Part shown: positions 10,167 through 21,597 of the stretch, one piece after another
Numbering within the stretch: the stretch's first letter is position 1
Layout: each line of letters starts with the position of its first letter
Assembly (NCBI GenBank): GCA_032718475.1
Contig: JAUCBJ010005300.1
Location: 1-42,419, forward strand
Direction: 5' to 3'
Source of the DNA: Nemertoderma westbladi
Lineage: Eukaryota; Animalia; Xenacoelomorpha
DNA: 42,419 bases
Program-made: the position numbers and the translations under genes
Notes under the pieces: model-generated
Databases searched by the model: none
What the model was told of the DNA's origin: nothing
The model's input: the letters and a program-made list of their open reading frames with translations, nothing else

Positions 10167-13100
10167 TGTTGGCGACTCCCGCTTCGGCGGTCGAGTGGGT
10201 AGAGGAGGGACGGCGGGGGATGAATCTCCTGCTCGGACAGATGCAGGAGACTGTCTACCAACTTAAGGGAACAGTAAGGAAAAGTAGGGCAGAATTGCAA
10301 GAAGTGCAGCAAAGCATCGCGCTAGAACGTGACAAATTAGTCAATATACAAAAGGGTATACCAATACCCCCAGTAACATTGTGTCAACCTGTTAGGTCTG
10401 AAGTATTACATGCGCAAGGTGTGGAGCCTACACGCATCTATACTGCTAGTGAAGTAGAAACTCCTATAGCAAACCCTATTAGGGGTGATTATAAACCTGT
10501 TGTTAATGATATTCCCTATAGAACTGATAATGATCCGAGAAATTTATATACCGATAATTCGATATTAAATAACACGATGGCCCAAGAAAGCTTTACGCGT
10601 CAGATGGCTAGAACAGAAGCCTGCCAAGCGGTCAAAGTGGGAGAGATCGTCAAATTCAATGGAGATGAGATGAAATGGTTACCTTTCAATGAATATTACA
10701 AAGATAGCATACAGAACTCTGTACTATCTAACGGAGAGAAACTTAGGTTCCTCATCAAGTGTTTGGAAGGACCTCCCAAGTTAATGGCGTTAAAGTTTAT
10801 TGGACATCCAGAAGGATTAAGACAAGTTTGGGATACATTAAACATCAGGTATGGTAACAAGGATAACATAGCGAAGTATTTGTATACAAAATTAGTAGCC
10901 CCCCGAAACTTCCTTAGTAGCGGGATTATAGAGTTTTCCGATGAGATTCAGGAGATCTGTAGACAATTGGACTGGTTAGGTAAGTCTCATGAATATCAGA
11001 GTTCCATGGTTATTGGAGCAGCCGTAGTCTCTACTTTACCAAAGGGTGGAGTATGTACACGCTGGGACAAGAAAGTGTTGTATATGAATGAGCAGCAACG
11101 ACGAAGCCCTACCATGGCTGATCTCATGTCCTTCTTAGATGGTGAAGTAAAACTACAACTTATCAAGCAGTCCAGAGAGAAAACATCGGAAAATAAGGTA
11201 AGTGAGAAACCCGTTTCTAGGAGAAGAGTAACACCGGTGTGTTACACTGACGACGGCGAAAGCCAAGCTTCTCAAGAAGAGGACAGCAGGAAAGACACTG
11301 ATCGATCTTACTACGTTGGCAAAACCTCAAAGGACGTAAGTAAATACAAGGCTCGAACCAAAGATAGGAGAGAACAGGTTGCCAAGACTCCTCCTCAGTC
11401 TCCTAACAGAATGCACGGAAGAAAGCCCGAAGAAAGAACGAGAGTGCATCAAGTTACCCAAGGTAAAGTGAGTAACATAAAACCTAACTGTGCGCTGTGC
11501 GACGGGACCCACCGTTTGAGTGCGTGTGCTGAATTTCTAAAGAAATCCCTTATAGACAGACGTGCAGTCGTGTGGGATAAGCGGTTATGCTATAATTGCC
11601 TCAGACCAGGACACCAACGGCGAACCTGTTACTCCGACGTAAAGTGTGCAAAGTGTGGCGCGAAACATCACATCTTGTTACACAGTGAGTTCGAACGAGA
11701 CAACCCGAGTCAGGTAAGTGAGCCCGAACTACATGTCCAATTCAGTGATGTAAATGACACTGATCAAGAATCTGAGATGGAAGGATTCTATACTGACGAA
11801 TTCTCCGACGCCAACGAATCCTGTTATCTAATCAATACCGCGGTGTATCGAGCACTTACTTATGAAAAGGACACCGACAATGAGTTCCCCCCAACTACTT
11901 TTGCCAGACAACCATCTTGGAAAGCTCCAACTTCCAACGTAGGAATCAGAGAATTTCCTGTAGTGCAGGTAAGAGTTCATGGTCCTAACAAAAGTTACAT
12001 AGTGAACGCCCTCCTTGACTCCGGCAGCACAGGAACATTCATCGATCAAGAACTAGCCGAAGATATCTTTGCTGGACAACCCAAATTCCGGACTAAATTG
12101 AATATGTCAGGAATTATGCAGGTTTGGAAATCTACCCTAATGGCAGATTACTATGTAGGTGTGTTGTCCACCCCCCAGGATAAATTAGGAGCACAAGGTA
12201 TAAGGTCGGTAAAAATGGTGGCTATAAAGAACTTCGCTACTACTCAAGCAGACCTTTATAATTGGGACGAGGATGAGAGCATCCAACATCTTAAGATACC
12301 TCAATTCCAGACAGATTATCCTGGAGTGCAAATACTCATCGGCCAAAACGCGCATGAGGCGCTCGAGACATTGGAGAAACGGCCTGCTCAACCGCAGCCA
12401 CTGCAAACCTATGCGGTAAGAACTAGAGTAGGTTGGTACTTTACTGGCCCTTCCCGCAAAACTCTCGAAGAGAGAATGCCACAAGAACGAATATACCAAG
12501 TAAACGATTGGGAAGTGGAGAGCAGTGAGGTGGACGAACTAACTGAGGGAACACCATACTCCTCAGATAATGACGACATTTACCAACTCTTTGATGAAGA
12601 GAACATAATCGACCTACTTACAGAAAACAAAACTTGGAAAATTCAGGTGAACCTATGTCAACTGATTCGCCCATCGGGACCCATTGATTACAATGATGAA
12701 CTAAATGACGAGATAGAGCGCTACAACGCTAGAACTCGGGACGAACTCGCCGTACGATTCTTTACTCAAGAATTGGTAGAGCCCAATTCATACGATAAGG
12801 CCCTATCGATAGAAGAAGAAAGAGCCAAGCAAATCCAGGAAACAACAACACGTTTTTTAAAAGACCAAGGTAGATATGAAATCGGCCTACCATTTCGAAA
12901 ACGAGAACCTAGATTTATAAATAACAGACCCTTGGCAGAGAAAAGAATCGCTCAATTGCATCGACGCCTTACGGCTAATGCTTCAGCTAAAGAAATGTAC
13001 CAAACTCAGTTGAAGAAATTTATAACAAAGGGATACGCGGAGCGAGTACCGGAAGGAACACCAGTGACTGAGAGAACGTATTACTTAACACATCATTACG

Positions 13101-14236
13101 TTCCCAAACCCGGTAAACCCCACGAAGTACGAGTCGTATTCGATGGCTCCGCTCTATATATGGGCCAATCCCTCAATTCCGAGTTGTTACCAGGACCCAA
13201 CTTACTCCAATCTTTGTTGGGAATACTTTTAAGATTAAGACAATATTCCATCGCGTTCGCCTCCGATATAGAAGGAATGTTCTTGCAAGTCAAGGCGCTG
13301 GATAGAGATAGAGACAGCCTGAGATTTCTGTGGTGGCCTGAAGGAGACCTCAACCAGAAACCGGTGGTGTACTGGATGACCATCCAGGCCTTTGGGATCA
13401 TATCTAGCCCTTCCAACCCCTGCTCCGTGGTGCGAACCACTGCGAATGACAACCGAGACGCCTTCTCCAAAGAGGTGATAGACAACATCAAACGTAATAT
13501 ATACATGGACGATAATTTAAGGTCCCTTCCCTCAGTAGAAGAAGCCATTGATGTCGCGAAAGGAACGGTAGAGTGTTTGAAAAGAGGTGGATTTCGACTG
13601 ACGAAATTCACTAGCAACTCCCGTGAGTTTTTGGAAGCGATACCGGTAGAAGACCGAGGAACGAAAGACCTAGACTTAATAAAGGACGATCTTCCAGAAA
13701 CCAAGACGCTTGGCTTCAAGTGGGACACTGAAAGAGATATCCTGTTTTTTCAGCTAAAACAGCGAGATAATCCAGTTCGGACCAAACGGATTTGTTTAAG
13801 TATCCTGAGCACTTATTTCGACCCATTGGGATTTATTAGCCCAGTTATATTGATTGCTCGGAGTTTAGTACAACAAATGTGGCTTGAAAACCACTCATGG
13901 GACGATCCGCTTAAGGGAGAACTGTTAAAGAAATGGATGAAATGGGAAGATTCTCTACCTGCCATCGAGAGCTTTATAATTTCCCGTGCATATTTTGGTC
14001 ATGTTCTTCCTACGTATTCCTATCAACTCCATGTGTTTGGAGACGCCAGCGACATGGGAATAGGTATAGTAGCATATCTGCGAGTCGAAACTCCTGATGG
14101 AATCAAAGTCGCCTTGGATACCTCTAAGGCATTGATTAACAACAAGTTAAAAGTTCCTCGAGCGGAGTTAAAGGCTGCTTTATACGCTACAGCCATCGGC
14201 CGGAACGTAACAGAACAAATCGACTATCCACTGTAG
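10166..14236 (+). CDS. gag-pol: BEL/Pao gag-protease-RT-RNase H polyprotein (ends at a premature TAG)
   Basis: DUF1759-like KFNGDEMKWLPF..EKLRFLIKCLEG; knuckles CALCDGTHRLSAC, CYNCLRPGHQRRTC, CAKCGAKHHILLH; protease LLDSGS; RT RVVFDGS, DIEGMFLQV, YMDD; RNase H LHVFGDAS, PRAELKAA. Confidence 0.95.
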   Translation: MLATPASAVEWVEEGRRGMNLLLGQMQETVYQLKGTVRKSRAELQEVQQSIALERDKLVNIQKGIPIPPVTLCQPVRSEVLHAQGVEPTRIYTASEVETPIANPIRGDYKPVVNDIPYRTDNDPRNLYTDNSILNNTMAQESFTRQMARTEACQAVKVGEIVKFNGDEMKWLPFNEYYKDSIQNSVLSNGEKLRFLIKCLEGPPKLMALKFIGHPEGLRQVWDTLNIRYGNKDNIAKYLYTKLVAPRNFLSSGIIEFSDEIQEICRQLDWLGKSHEYQSSMVIGAAVVSTLPKGGVCTRWDKKVLYMNEQQRRSPTMADLMSFLDGEVKLQLIKQSREKTSENKVSEKPVSRRRVTPVCYTDDGESQASQEEDSRKDTDRSYYVGKTSKDVSKYKARTKDRREQVAKTPPQSPNRMHGRKPEERTRVHQVTQGKVSNIKPNCALCDGTHRLSACAEFLKKSLIDRRAVVWDKRLCYNCLRPGHQRRTCYSDVKCAKCGAKHHILLHSEFERDNPSQVSEPELHVQFSDVNDTDQESEMEGFYTDEFSDANESCYLINTAVYRALTYEKDTDNEFPPTTFARQPSWKAPTSNVGIREFPVVQVRVHGPNKSYIVNALLDSGSTGTFIDQELAEDIFAGQPKFRTKLNMSGIMQVWKSTLMADYYVGVLSTPQDKLGAQGIRSVKMVAIKNFATTQADLYNWDEDESIQHLKIPQFQTDYPGVQILIGQNAHEALETLEKRPAQPQPLQTYAVRTRVGWYFTGPSRKTLEERMPQERIYQVNDWEVESSEVDELTEGTPYSSDNDDIYQLFDEENIIDLLTENKTWKIQVNLCQLIRPSGPIDYNDELNDEIERYNARTRDELAVRFFTQELVEPNSYDKALSIEEERAKQIQETTTRFLKDQGRYEIGLPFRKREPRFINNRPLAEKRIAQLHRRLTANASAKEMYQTQLKKFITKGYAERVPEGTPVTERTYYLTHHYVPKPGKPHEVRVVFDGSALYMGQSLNSELLPGPNLLQSLLGILLRLRQYSIAFASDIEGMFLQVKALDRDRDSLRFLWWPEGDLNQKPVVYWMTIQAFGIISSPSNPCSVVRTTANDNRDAFSKEVIDNIKRNIYMDDNLRSLPSVEEAIDVAKGTVECLKRGGFRLTKFTSNSREFLEAIPVEDRGTKDLDLIKDDLPETKTLGFKWDTERDILFFQLKQRDNPVRTKRICLSILSTYFDPLGFISPVILIARSLVQQMWLENHSWDDPLKGELLKKWMKWEDSLPAIESFIISRAYFGHVLPTYSYQLHVFGDASDMGIGIVAYLRVETPDGIKVALDTSKALINNKLKVPRAELKAALYATAIGRNVTEQIDYPL

Positions 14237-16388
14237 AAAACTGTTTATTGGACTGACGCTTTACTCGTGTTGGAGTATATAACCAATGAAGTCTGTCAGT
14301 TCAGCGTTTTTGTTACTAACAGGGTAGCTATTATTCTTAGTCGCACAAAGATAGATCAATGGAGACATTGCCCTGGTACGATTAATCCAGCCGATATCGC
14401 CTCCAGGGGAGCAACTCCACAGGAACTGATAGATACTCCAGACTGGTTGGGTGGACCCGACTTCCTGAGTAAGGAAGAGGATGAATGGCCTCCTCATCTT
14501 ACTACGGCGGAGATTAGACAAGCCAAGGGAGCGGAGACAGTCAAACCTAAAACCCGGGCGAGTAAATCGAAGTTATTTAAACTGACGATCGATCTATCTG
14601 TACTACATACTTCCGGAAATGATGCTTCGGATCCACAATCCCCCGCCACAAATAAGTCTGTTGTGGAAATTAGAGATAGAGATTGGAAATCTGGAATACC
14701 AGACATCTCGCAAGGAATCTCACCCCTGCTGCAGAGAGCAATGCATCACTACAGTTCCTGGAATCGGCTCTGTAAAGCCGTCACGTATTTAAGGAGATGT
14801 TTTCATCATCACTACTCCAGGACGAAGACCATTAGTGATACCGCTCCATTGACATCTGCGCAAGTTCATGTTATTAAAAATTTACCCAAATATAAGACAT
14901 CCGACCGGTTTCTAAAGGAGAAAATTAGTTACCAGGAGCATGAAGAAACCAATAAGCAGATACTGAGACTCCTGCAATGCTATGAGGATTCCGATAAGTA
15001 TTTCCTGTTGTTGAGAAATCCGCAGATGCGCTTAAGGGAATCGATTCTCTAGCACAATGATAGATGGGTTAATACGTGTTGGAGGAAGGCTCACCAATGC
15101 GCCATTATCCTTTGACACTAAATTCCCCATACTCATTAGAAATCTTGAAGTACAAATCAAGATGATTGTAGATGTTCACAGTAAACTTTATCATGCTGGT
15201 AGAGAACGAGTTCTTAGCGAAATTCGAACTCGCTATTATTTTGATAAACCCCGTAGAGCTCTGAACCAAGTTCTTAGGAACTGCATACCCTGTAGGAAAG
15301 CATTCAGTAGGCCTTTAACACAGCGAGAGGCAGAATTACCTAGGGGACGAGTAAGCTTCTATGAACCACCTTTTACTAATACTGGTGTAGATTTATTTGG
15401 CCCTATTGAAGTATATCGTGCTAGGACTATAGTCAAGAGATGGTGTGTCATCTTCGTATGCATGACTTGTAGAGCCATCCATCTCGATATGGTGAACGAT
15501 CTATCTACCAACAGCTTCGTCTTAAGTTTACGCCGACAGATCGCTCGCTTCGGGACGAGTAATACCATGAGATCGGATAAGGGAACGAACTTCATTGGTG
15601 CCAACAACGAAATACAGGCTTACGTGAAGGACTGGAACCAAAGACAGGTGGACGATCAGCTAAGGATAACAGCGTCTAGCTGGACCTTCAACGCCGCCGA
15701 CGCCCCTTGGTGGGGAGGAAGTTGGGAGAGATTAATTAGAAGTGTCAAGACCGCATTTCACTTTATAGTGCCATGCCGCGCATATCTCACCGACGAACTT
15801 TTGCGGACATTAATGGAGGAAATAGCTGCCTATCTCAACGAGAGACCGCTTATGCCAGTCTCATCGAGTCCCGATTCCCTGGAAGCGCTAACACCCGCGC
15901 ACTTCCTACTGAAGAAACCTGTAGCCATGCTCCCACGATCGGAGATTGCCGACGGAGACGAATACTGCCGTCGAACTTGGCAACTTATGCAGTTGCTATC
16001 CCGTCGTTTCGCTGACCATTTCGAGAAACATTATCTGCCCACGCTACAACTTCGAACTAAGTGGTTTGCGCAGCAAGAAAACGTCAGCACCGGAGATATG
16101 GTGCTTATTGTAGATTCAGACCTCCCACGTAAACGGTGGCAGACAGGTCGTATCATCGAGACTCACATCTCGGATGATGGTTTAGTACGCTCGGTAGAAC
16201 TCGTCGTCATGCGGCGTAACTTCAAGAAGCCAGGCATAATCTTTGAGACGCAACAACTCAACCGCCCAGTTGGTCGTTTATGTTTACTGGAAAGAGACAG
16301 AGAACTCTCCGGAAACTATGGAAGGCAAGACACTCTTCCCACGACCACCTCCCTAATTCCTCAAACATCTAGGGACTCCCCAACGTGA
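14237..16388 (+). pseudogene. pol: Rest of pol: RNase H C-terminal part and integrase, with a stop/frameshift near 15050-15057
   Basis: Same frame after the TAG: WTDA, FVTNRV, WRHCPGTINPADIASRG; then HHCC (HSKLYHAG..CIPC) and DDE core GVDLFGP, SDKGTNF, WGGSWERLI. Confidence 0.92.
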
Positions 16389-16933
16389 TACGTCTGGAGT
16401 GGGTGTATGACTATATTGTTTTATCTATTTTTATTATATTTTTATATGCGAACTTTATTATGTACTTTATTATAATCGTTTTTATTCAATTTTATTTAGT
16501 AGAAGGTTATTTTAGATTATTTGGTAGATTAGTGCAATATATTAGTGTTTATTACGTAATTACATATATAATATATATTTAGTATGACGGCGAGAAATAA
16601 TTTTTCTCTTTCCTTACTGTCCGTATCATATTATAAATACGTGACTACAGTAAGATGAAATGTCCGTACTTATTAAAGTACAATAAAGCCACTACTATAT
16701 TCAAGTATTATTTATTGGTAGGCAGAGTATTAGGAATGCAAAGTTCAGATCCTCGTGTCTCGGCTAAACCAAGCTCTGGGTAGACCTTGGAAACGACTTG
16801 CCTCTTCACACTGACATTGCTTCGTGCGATATTGCTCTTCTACCTTATATTAAATAATACATATAGTAGCGTGATGTCCCTCTAACAGCAGCGTAAAAAC
16901 GCAAATAAATCTGTTAAACCTTTGACCATCTGT

Positions 16934-17205
16934 AATTCTAGTCGATTAAGATATCGTGGCACCCACCGATATACTTGAAAGACAAATTCTAGAATCAGTG
17001 GTTAACGTCCCCAGCCAAGTTCTGGAATAAATCGGTGCCCATCTTAAATATTAATTTAATATTTATTAAAATCTGTAAAATTCAGATCCTTTAAAATTTC
17101 TAGTCAATTAAGATATCGCTGCACTTACCGATACTCTTAAAAGACAATTTTTATAGAATTCAGGATCCTCAGTCCCCAGACATGCTCTGGAATAAAAATC
17201 GTGTC
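16934..17205 (+). repeat. Diverged direct repeat, ~160-bp period, in the post-pol region
   Basis: TCTAGTC(G/A)ATTAAGATATCG..ACCGATA..AAAGACAA..GTCCCCAG..TCTGGAATAAA occurs twice. Confidence 0.75.
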
Positions 17206-18015
17206 AATTTTAACATCAAATAATAAAATTCACGGGAATAAATTTAAATTCATATTTTAAATGAATTTCATAAATTGTCATTTTGTGCAATTTATAACAT
17301 TCCCAAAATTCCATTAATTAATAGATCATGGGAGCGGAGATTCATCCTATTGAGTGTATTAGAGTGCGAGAATCTCCAACATATAGTCAATAGCCGATAA
17401 AATTAATAAAATCATGCATAAAGAGGATATTGACAATTAAAGAATTACTATTAAATAGCATTCCAGATCTGTATGCATGAGAATTACCCTAATTCTACCG
17501 CTAGCATTCCATAATGTCACCATAGCAACACCCACGCTAGAATTAGAAGCAAGTTAAAAGAACAATAGAAAGCTTGTCCCATTGCATAGCATAGAGAATA
17601 CATAGCACACTGTTAGTATCCAAGGATACACAGTAATAACGTGACATTCTGGAAGGCACTGACTAACGGACAAATGGCCTGTATGTGTACAATTGGTGAC
17701 AGTTGTGTGGAATTTGTGTGTTTATAGGTGAATGTTACTGCTAAAGTATGTTTACAGTAGCTAGTCGCAATTGCAAAAGTAGCCCAACTCTCCTATAGAA
17801 AGAACCTCAAGTGGATCCAAGCCTTTGGGACGGACAGTGGAGTGACTTGTGCCGGTTATCGTTGTCGTGCTGTTGCTACATGTTGGCGTAAACACCGCGA
17901 CGACGGTACATCGGCGCTGAGAATCCCACTTTCCGGGGGCAAAGAGAGGTAGGCAGTGACGCCCGCTCGCCTAAACATAAACTCATTTTGATATTAATAA
18001 ACTCAGATAGCAGAT

Positions 18016-19609
18016 ATGACGGAGTTGATAGAAGATGATCTTGGTATTAGGGAGCGATATACTCTACCTTTACAAGCATTTGTGGATAGCTTAATACGCG
18101 GTGAAGCCGATCCCACTATTACAGAGGACGATGGTCGTTATATCGAACCGCCGATGTCCCAAGAGCAACTTGCGCGTGAATTGGATTATCGAAAATTCAC
18201 CGCTCGCTATACGAATCGTAATGGTACGTATATGGACTTCTTAACTACCGGCCATCCTATCAATTTACATGATATGGACGATGTAGATACAGAGAGGGAA
18301 ATGGTTCTATTTAAATATCATACCCAGCGGAGTCGTAACGATAAACCGAGAATAGATCACGAAAATTCTATTCGTAATAGACTGGAAAGAGAAAATGTTG
18401 AAGAACCGGATAAACGCATCGACTTCAATGAATACCTAGAATTTTTGAGAGAAACCTATCTCAACATCGCCAGTCAGCAGAACCTAGAGACTCGATATCC
18501 TCAAGGTATACATCATGACCCTATGGTAGAACTCAAACGGCTCTATTTCACGATGATGTATCTTACCGCCGATCGTCCACTACCTGTTATCCCGGATAGT
18601 TTTGAACAAATGGAAGAATATTGCAAAACTGGAGAACGATCACCCGCGTTTCCTCTGCAGGACGTACGTCTTTGGTATTATTGTGATGAATGCCCTAGAC
18701 CTAACCAACAAACTGAAGGACACAAACGTCCGCTGTTCCTATTTCCACGAACAACCAGAGATGGAAATTTATTGTGCCTATTGCAGACTCAATAACTTGC
18801 ACATTTTTGCGGTTTGCCCTCAATTTATGACTCAATGTCACCATTGTCAACTAAAGGGACACACCAGTTTCGATTGCCCCTTTAATCACGATTTGGAAAG
18901 CGTAGATGAAATGATCACACTACGTTACATCAGAGCTTGGGAAGCGAACGCTGATTTACATTGTGATTCGTGCCATCGTTATTATCCTGGACTCGCTTAA
19001 GAAGGAGTTTATGTGTTCCATCCTTATCTATTCGCTTCTGTCGAACAGAAATCACGCATATCGAGTTACGAACTACTGAAGCGCGTCGGAGAATGTATTT
19101 CAACCAAATTTGTACGCAAATTTCTCAGGAGTGTTAATCCTAGCGACATTCATTCCTATAACTTAATCAATTTTATCCGTCAAGATCCGGACTATGGAGA
19201 CTTATTTGTTAACTCACACCCCGAGTTACAGGAAGTATATCGACGGCCTTACGAATACCGAGCCCGCGAACACGAGTTGGAAAGAACCATTAAACCCAGG
19301 AAGTTTCTGACCGCCTATGGTCCACCCACGGCTCTCGTTCAGACCACTCGTAAAGGACCCGTAAGAGCGGCCGTCCTAAAACGCGCTCTAAAGGCCGTTA
19401 GACCCCTCTTCCCCGACGTTGATGTCAACCAACCCGGCACTTCGACCGGCGGATACACCGACCATAATCCTACACCCTCTGATGCAATCATATTGCACCC
19501 TTCACCCAGGAGTTATAGCCCTCTTTGTAAAGTGGCTCGCCCCAAAGAGAAAAAGACTCTGGCTAGCTTTAAAAAACTGCGTAAACGCCGTCCGCGTAAG
19601 AAAGACTAA
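18016..19609 (+). pseudogene. 3' accessory ORF of element B (env position): zinc-knuckle protein with basic C-terminus; one frameshift and one stop
   Basis: ORFs 18016-18795, 18602-19000 and 19013-19609 join with a shift at ~18721 and read-through of TAA 18998; CDEC..GH-TNVRC, CAYCRLNNLHIFAVC, CHHCQLKGHTSFDC; ends KKLRKRRPRKKD. Confidence 0.75.
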
Positions 19610-19679
19610 CTGTTTAGAGTATTTAAGTATATTAGAAACTGTGATTTTGTATATTTTATAGACTCAAATCCCATTTTCT

Positions 19680-19687
19680 GGGAGCGG
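19680..19687 (+). promoter_or_regulatory. Short polypurine tract
   Basis: GGGAGCGG abuts the 3' LTR. Confidence 0.55.
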
Positions 19688-20922
19688 TGTAAAAGCTTTT
19701 GTGGGATATAACTGGCCCTTTTGCTTTGCAATCCAGTTTCCCCCCAGGCGCTGGAATACTCTAAAAGGCTCTCTAACTCGAATGATGCAAAGCGACCGGC
19801 TGATTGGCTGATTTGTTATACGAGGGGCTCTTTGCTATGTTCTATCGGCCAACCAGAGCTATAGCAGCAGAGTATGCAACCAGGACAACCGAGCGGAGTG
19901 ACTCATTTTGTGTGTTGGCCAAGGGTTGCAAAATTCCTGATAGTTCGGCATTTAGATATTCGTGGAACTTGTGGAATCTGGTGTTCTGCCAATGAGAGCT
20001 ATTCCTCTCTGTGTAAAAGATACCTGCAACGGTGTTAGGGACAGTAGAGAGTTCTTGTGATACTGTTGTGTTGTTTCTATCTAGGCCAGGAACACCGGCT
20101 CTAGAGTCATTCGTTTCAGACTTTAGAAGAAACATTAGTAGGCTTAGATTATAGAGCGTATAACTGTTATCGGCACAGTCCAGTCTTAACGGCACATACA
20201 TTGTCATATCATATCTTAACCTACCGTCTAATGCTTTTTACTGTTGTTATTATTTTGTATCAGTTGGTTGAATATTATTTGGAGAACATCTATAAAGAAC
20301 CCAAATTTCCCAATTTTCTTGATACACTACAGGTTAGAGAGACAGGTTACATATAGCGATTGCGACTTATATTATTGTGGTTTGTAGTGAATTTAATGCT
20401 ATTTGATAAGCACTACATGAGTCAATTGCTGTTCTCTTTATATATGATAAAATTCATTGATAGTCGGCAAATTAGTGTGCAGTATTGTGCGTTAACGGTA
20501 GTGTGCATGATTGTGACTGATAACTAAGCATTTCCTAAAGAATGCGCCTCATACGTGAATCATAAGCCTTACCGACTTACCGTTGTGTTTAGTATAAGTC
20601 ATATCTCTGTTTACCTAGATAGAGCGCCACGTCCTAAAGGAACTGTTAATATTTCCCGAAAGTGAATAATATTAGTCAGAAATTATTTATTAACGATCAA
20701 TCGAATAATACAGTAAGCTTACACTGCAATAACAATCTAAGCCCTCCGAATCCAGTCTCCCGGGTATATCCAGCGGGTGAATGGACGCGCACTAGGCTGG
20801 CTTCGGCTAATGTTGTGTTTATTGGTATTAAATACTTGTCATTTTCTAAAGTCTATTTATAAACCAAAAGACATATAAATTTTGGCAGGTTAAACTGCTA
20901 AAGGTCTTCAAAAGCGCGTACA
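19688..20922 (+). repeat. 3' LTR of element B (1235 bp)
   Basis: TGTAAAAGC...GCGCGTACA followed by the TSD GAAAC. Confidence 0.96.
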
Positions 20923-21150
20923 GAAACGTCTACATGCCGTTGTCGTAGACGAGTTCTCAGTCCACATATACATGCCTCAACGAACTCATATTGTCAATAA
21001 ATTACTAGAACGTGGCGTTAAGCTTGTGGATACTAGCAGCGATTCCAATAATGATTTCTCACTACTAATCGGCAGCCTACAATATGCTGCCGAAACATTC
21101 CAGATCTTCCTGAAGGACTAGGGTGTATGCTGGGAAGCTATATTCGGTGT
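20923..21150 (+). pseudogene. Continuation of element A protease region, then truncated
   Basis: Reads KRLHAVVVDEFSVHIYMP..LLERGVKLVD..FSLLIGS, matching the BEL protease LAD..LLIG region and continuing the sequence cut at 3076. Confidence 0.7.
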
Positions 21151-21395
21151 CCTGTTGTACTGTAATTTGATATACTGTACATATAACGTTCTGCATTAGT
21201 GTTTGCAGATATGCGGTAACATGACAGCAGGACAGTGCCTACCACTGTACTGTTTGATTGACCATATTCAGTTGTACTATTGAGAGATATTATATATATT
21301 ATATTATTATAAAAACTCTTGTTTAATGGGCACATTAGCTCACAACATAGGCTACATCTGTCCAGCTGTCTCTATATACTGACATATACATACGG

Positions 21396-21597
21396 CACCG
21401 GTAGAGGTGAGCTATAACGTTAACGACTGAATGACTGCACAGCAGTACAATACAGCAGTAACTCACTGCAGTCCCCCAATACAGCCGAAGTTCTGTAGTT
21501 GTCAGTTGGGATACCGTCTACCGGTAGAGGTGATCTATAAAGTTAACGACTGCACAGCATTACAATACAACAATAACTGCAGTTCCCAATACAGCAG
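21396..21597. repeat. Diverged tandem duplication (~125-bp period)
   Basis: ACCGGTAGAGGTGA.CTATAA.GTTAACGACTG..CACAGCA.TACAATACA occurs twice. Confidence 0.7.

Larger units (their letters stand above)
3077..20922 (+). mobile_element. Full-length BEL/Pao LTR retrotransposon B (17.8 kb including a 1.65-kb insertion)
   Basis: Paired TGTA...TACA LTRs; 5-bp TSD GAAAC at 3072-3076 and 20923-20927; domain order gag-PR-RT-RH-IN with BEL motifs. Confidence 0.97.

Noticed and set aside
14234-14236. In-frame TAG in pol as programmed read-through
   Set aside because: It falls inside RNase H and the copy has other lesions (near 15050, 18721, 18998); a nonsense mutation is more likely
16385-16582. Hydrophobic 65-aa ORF after integrase as an env or membrane peptide
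   Set aside because: T-rich low-complexity sequence gives F/I/Y/L by composition; GTG start; no ectodomain
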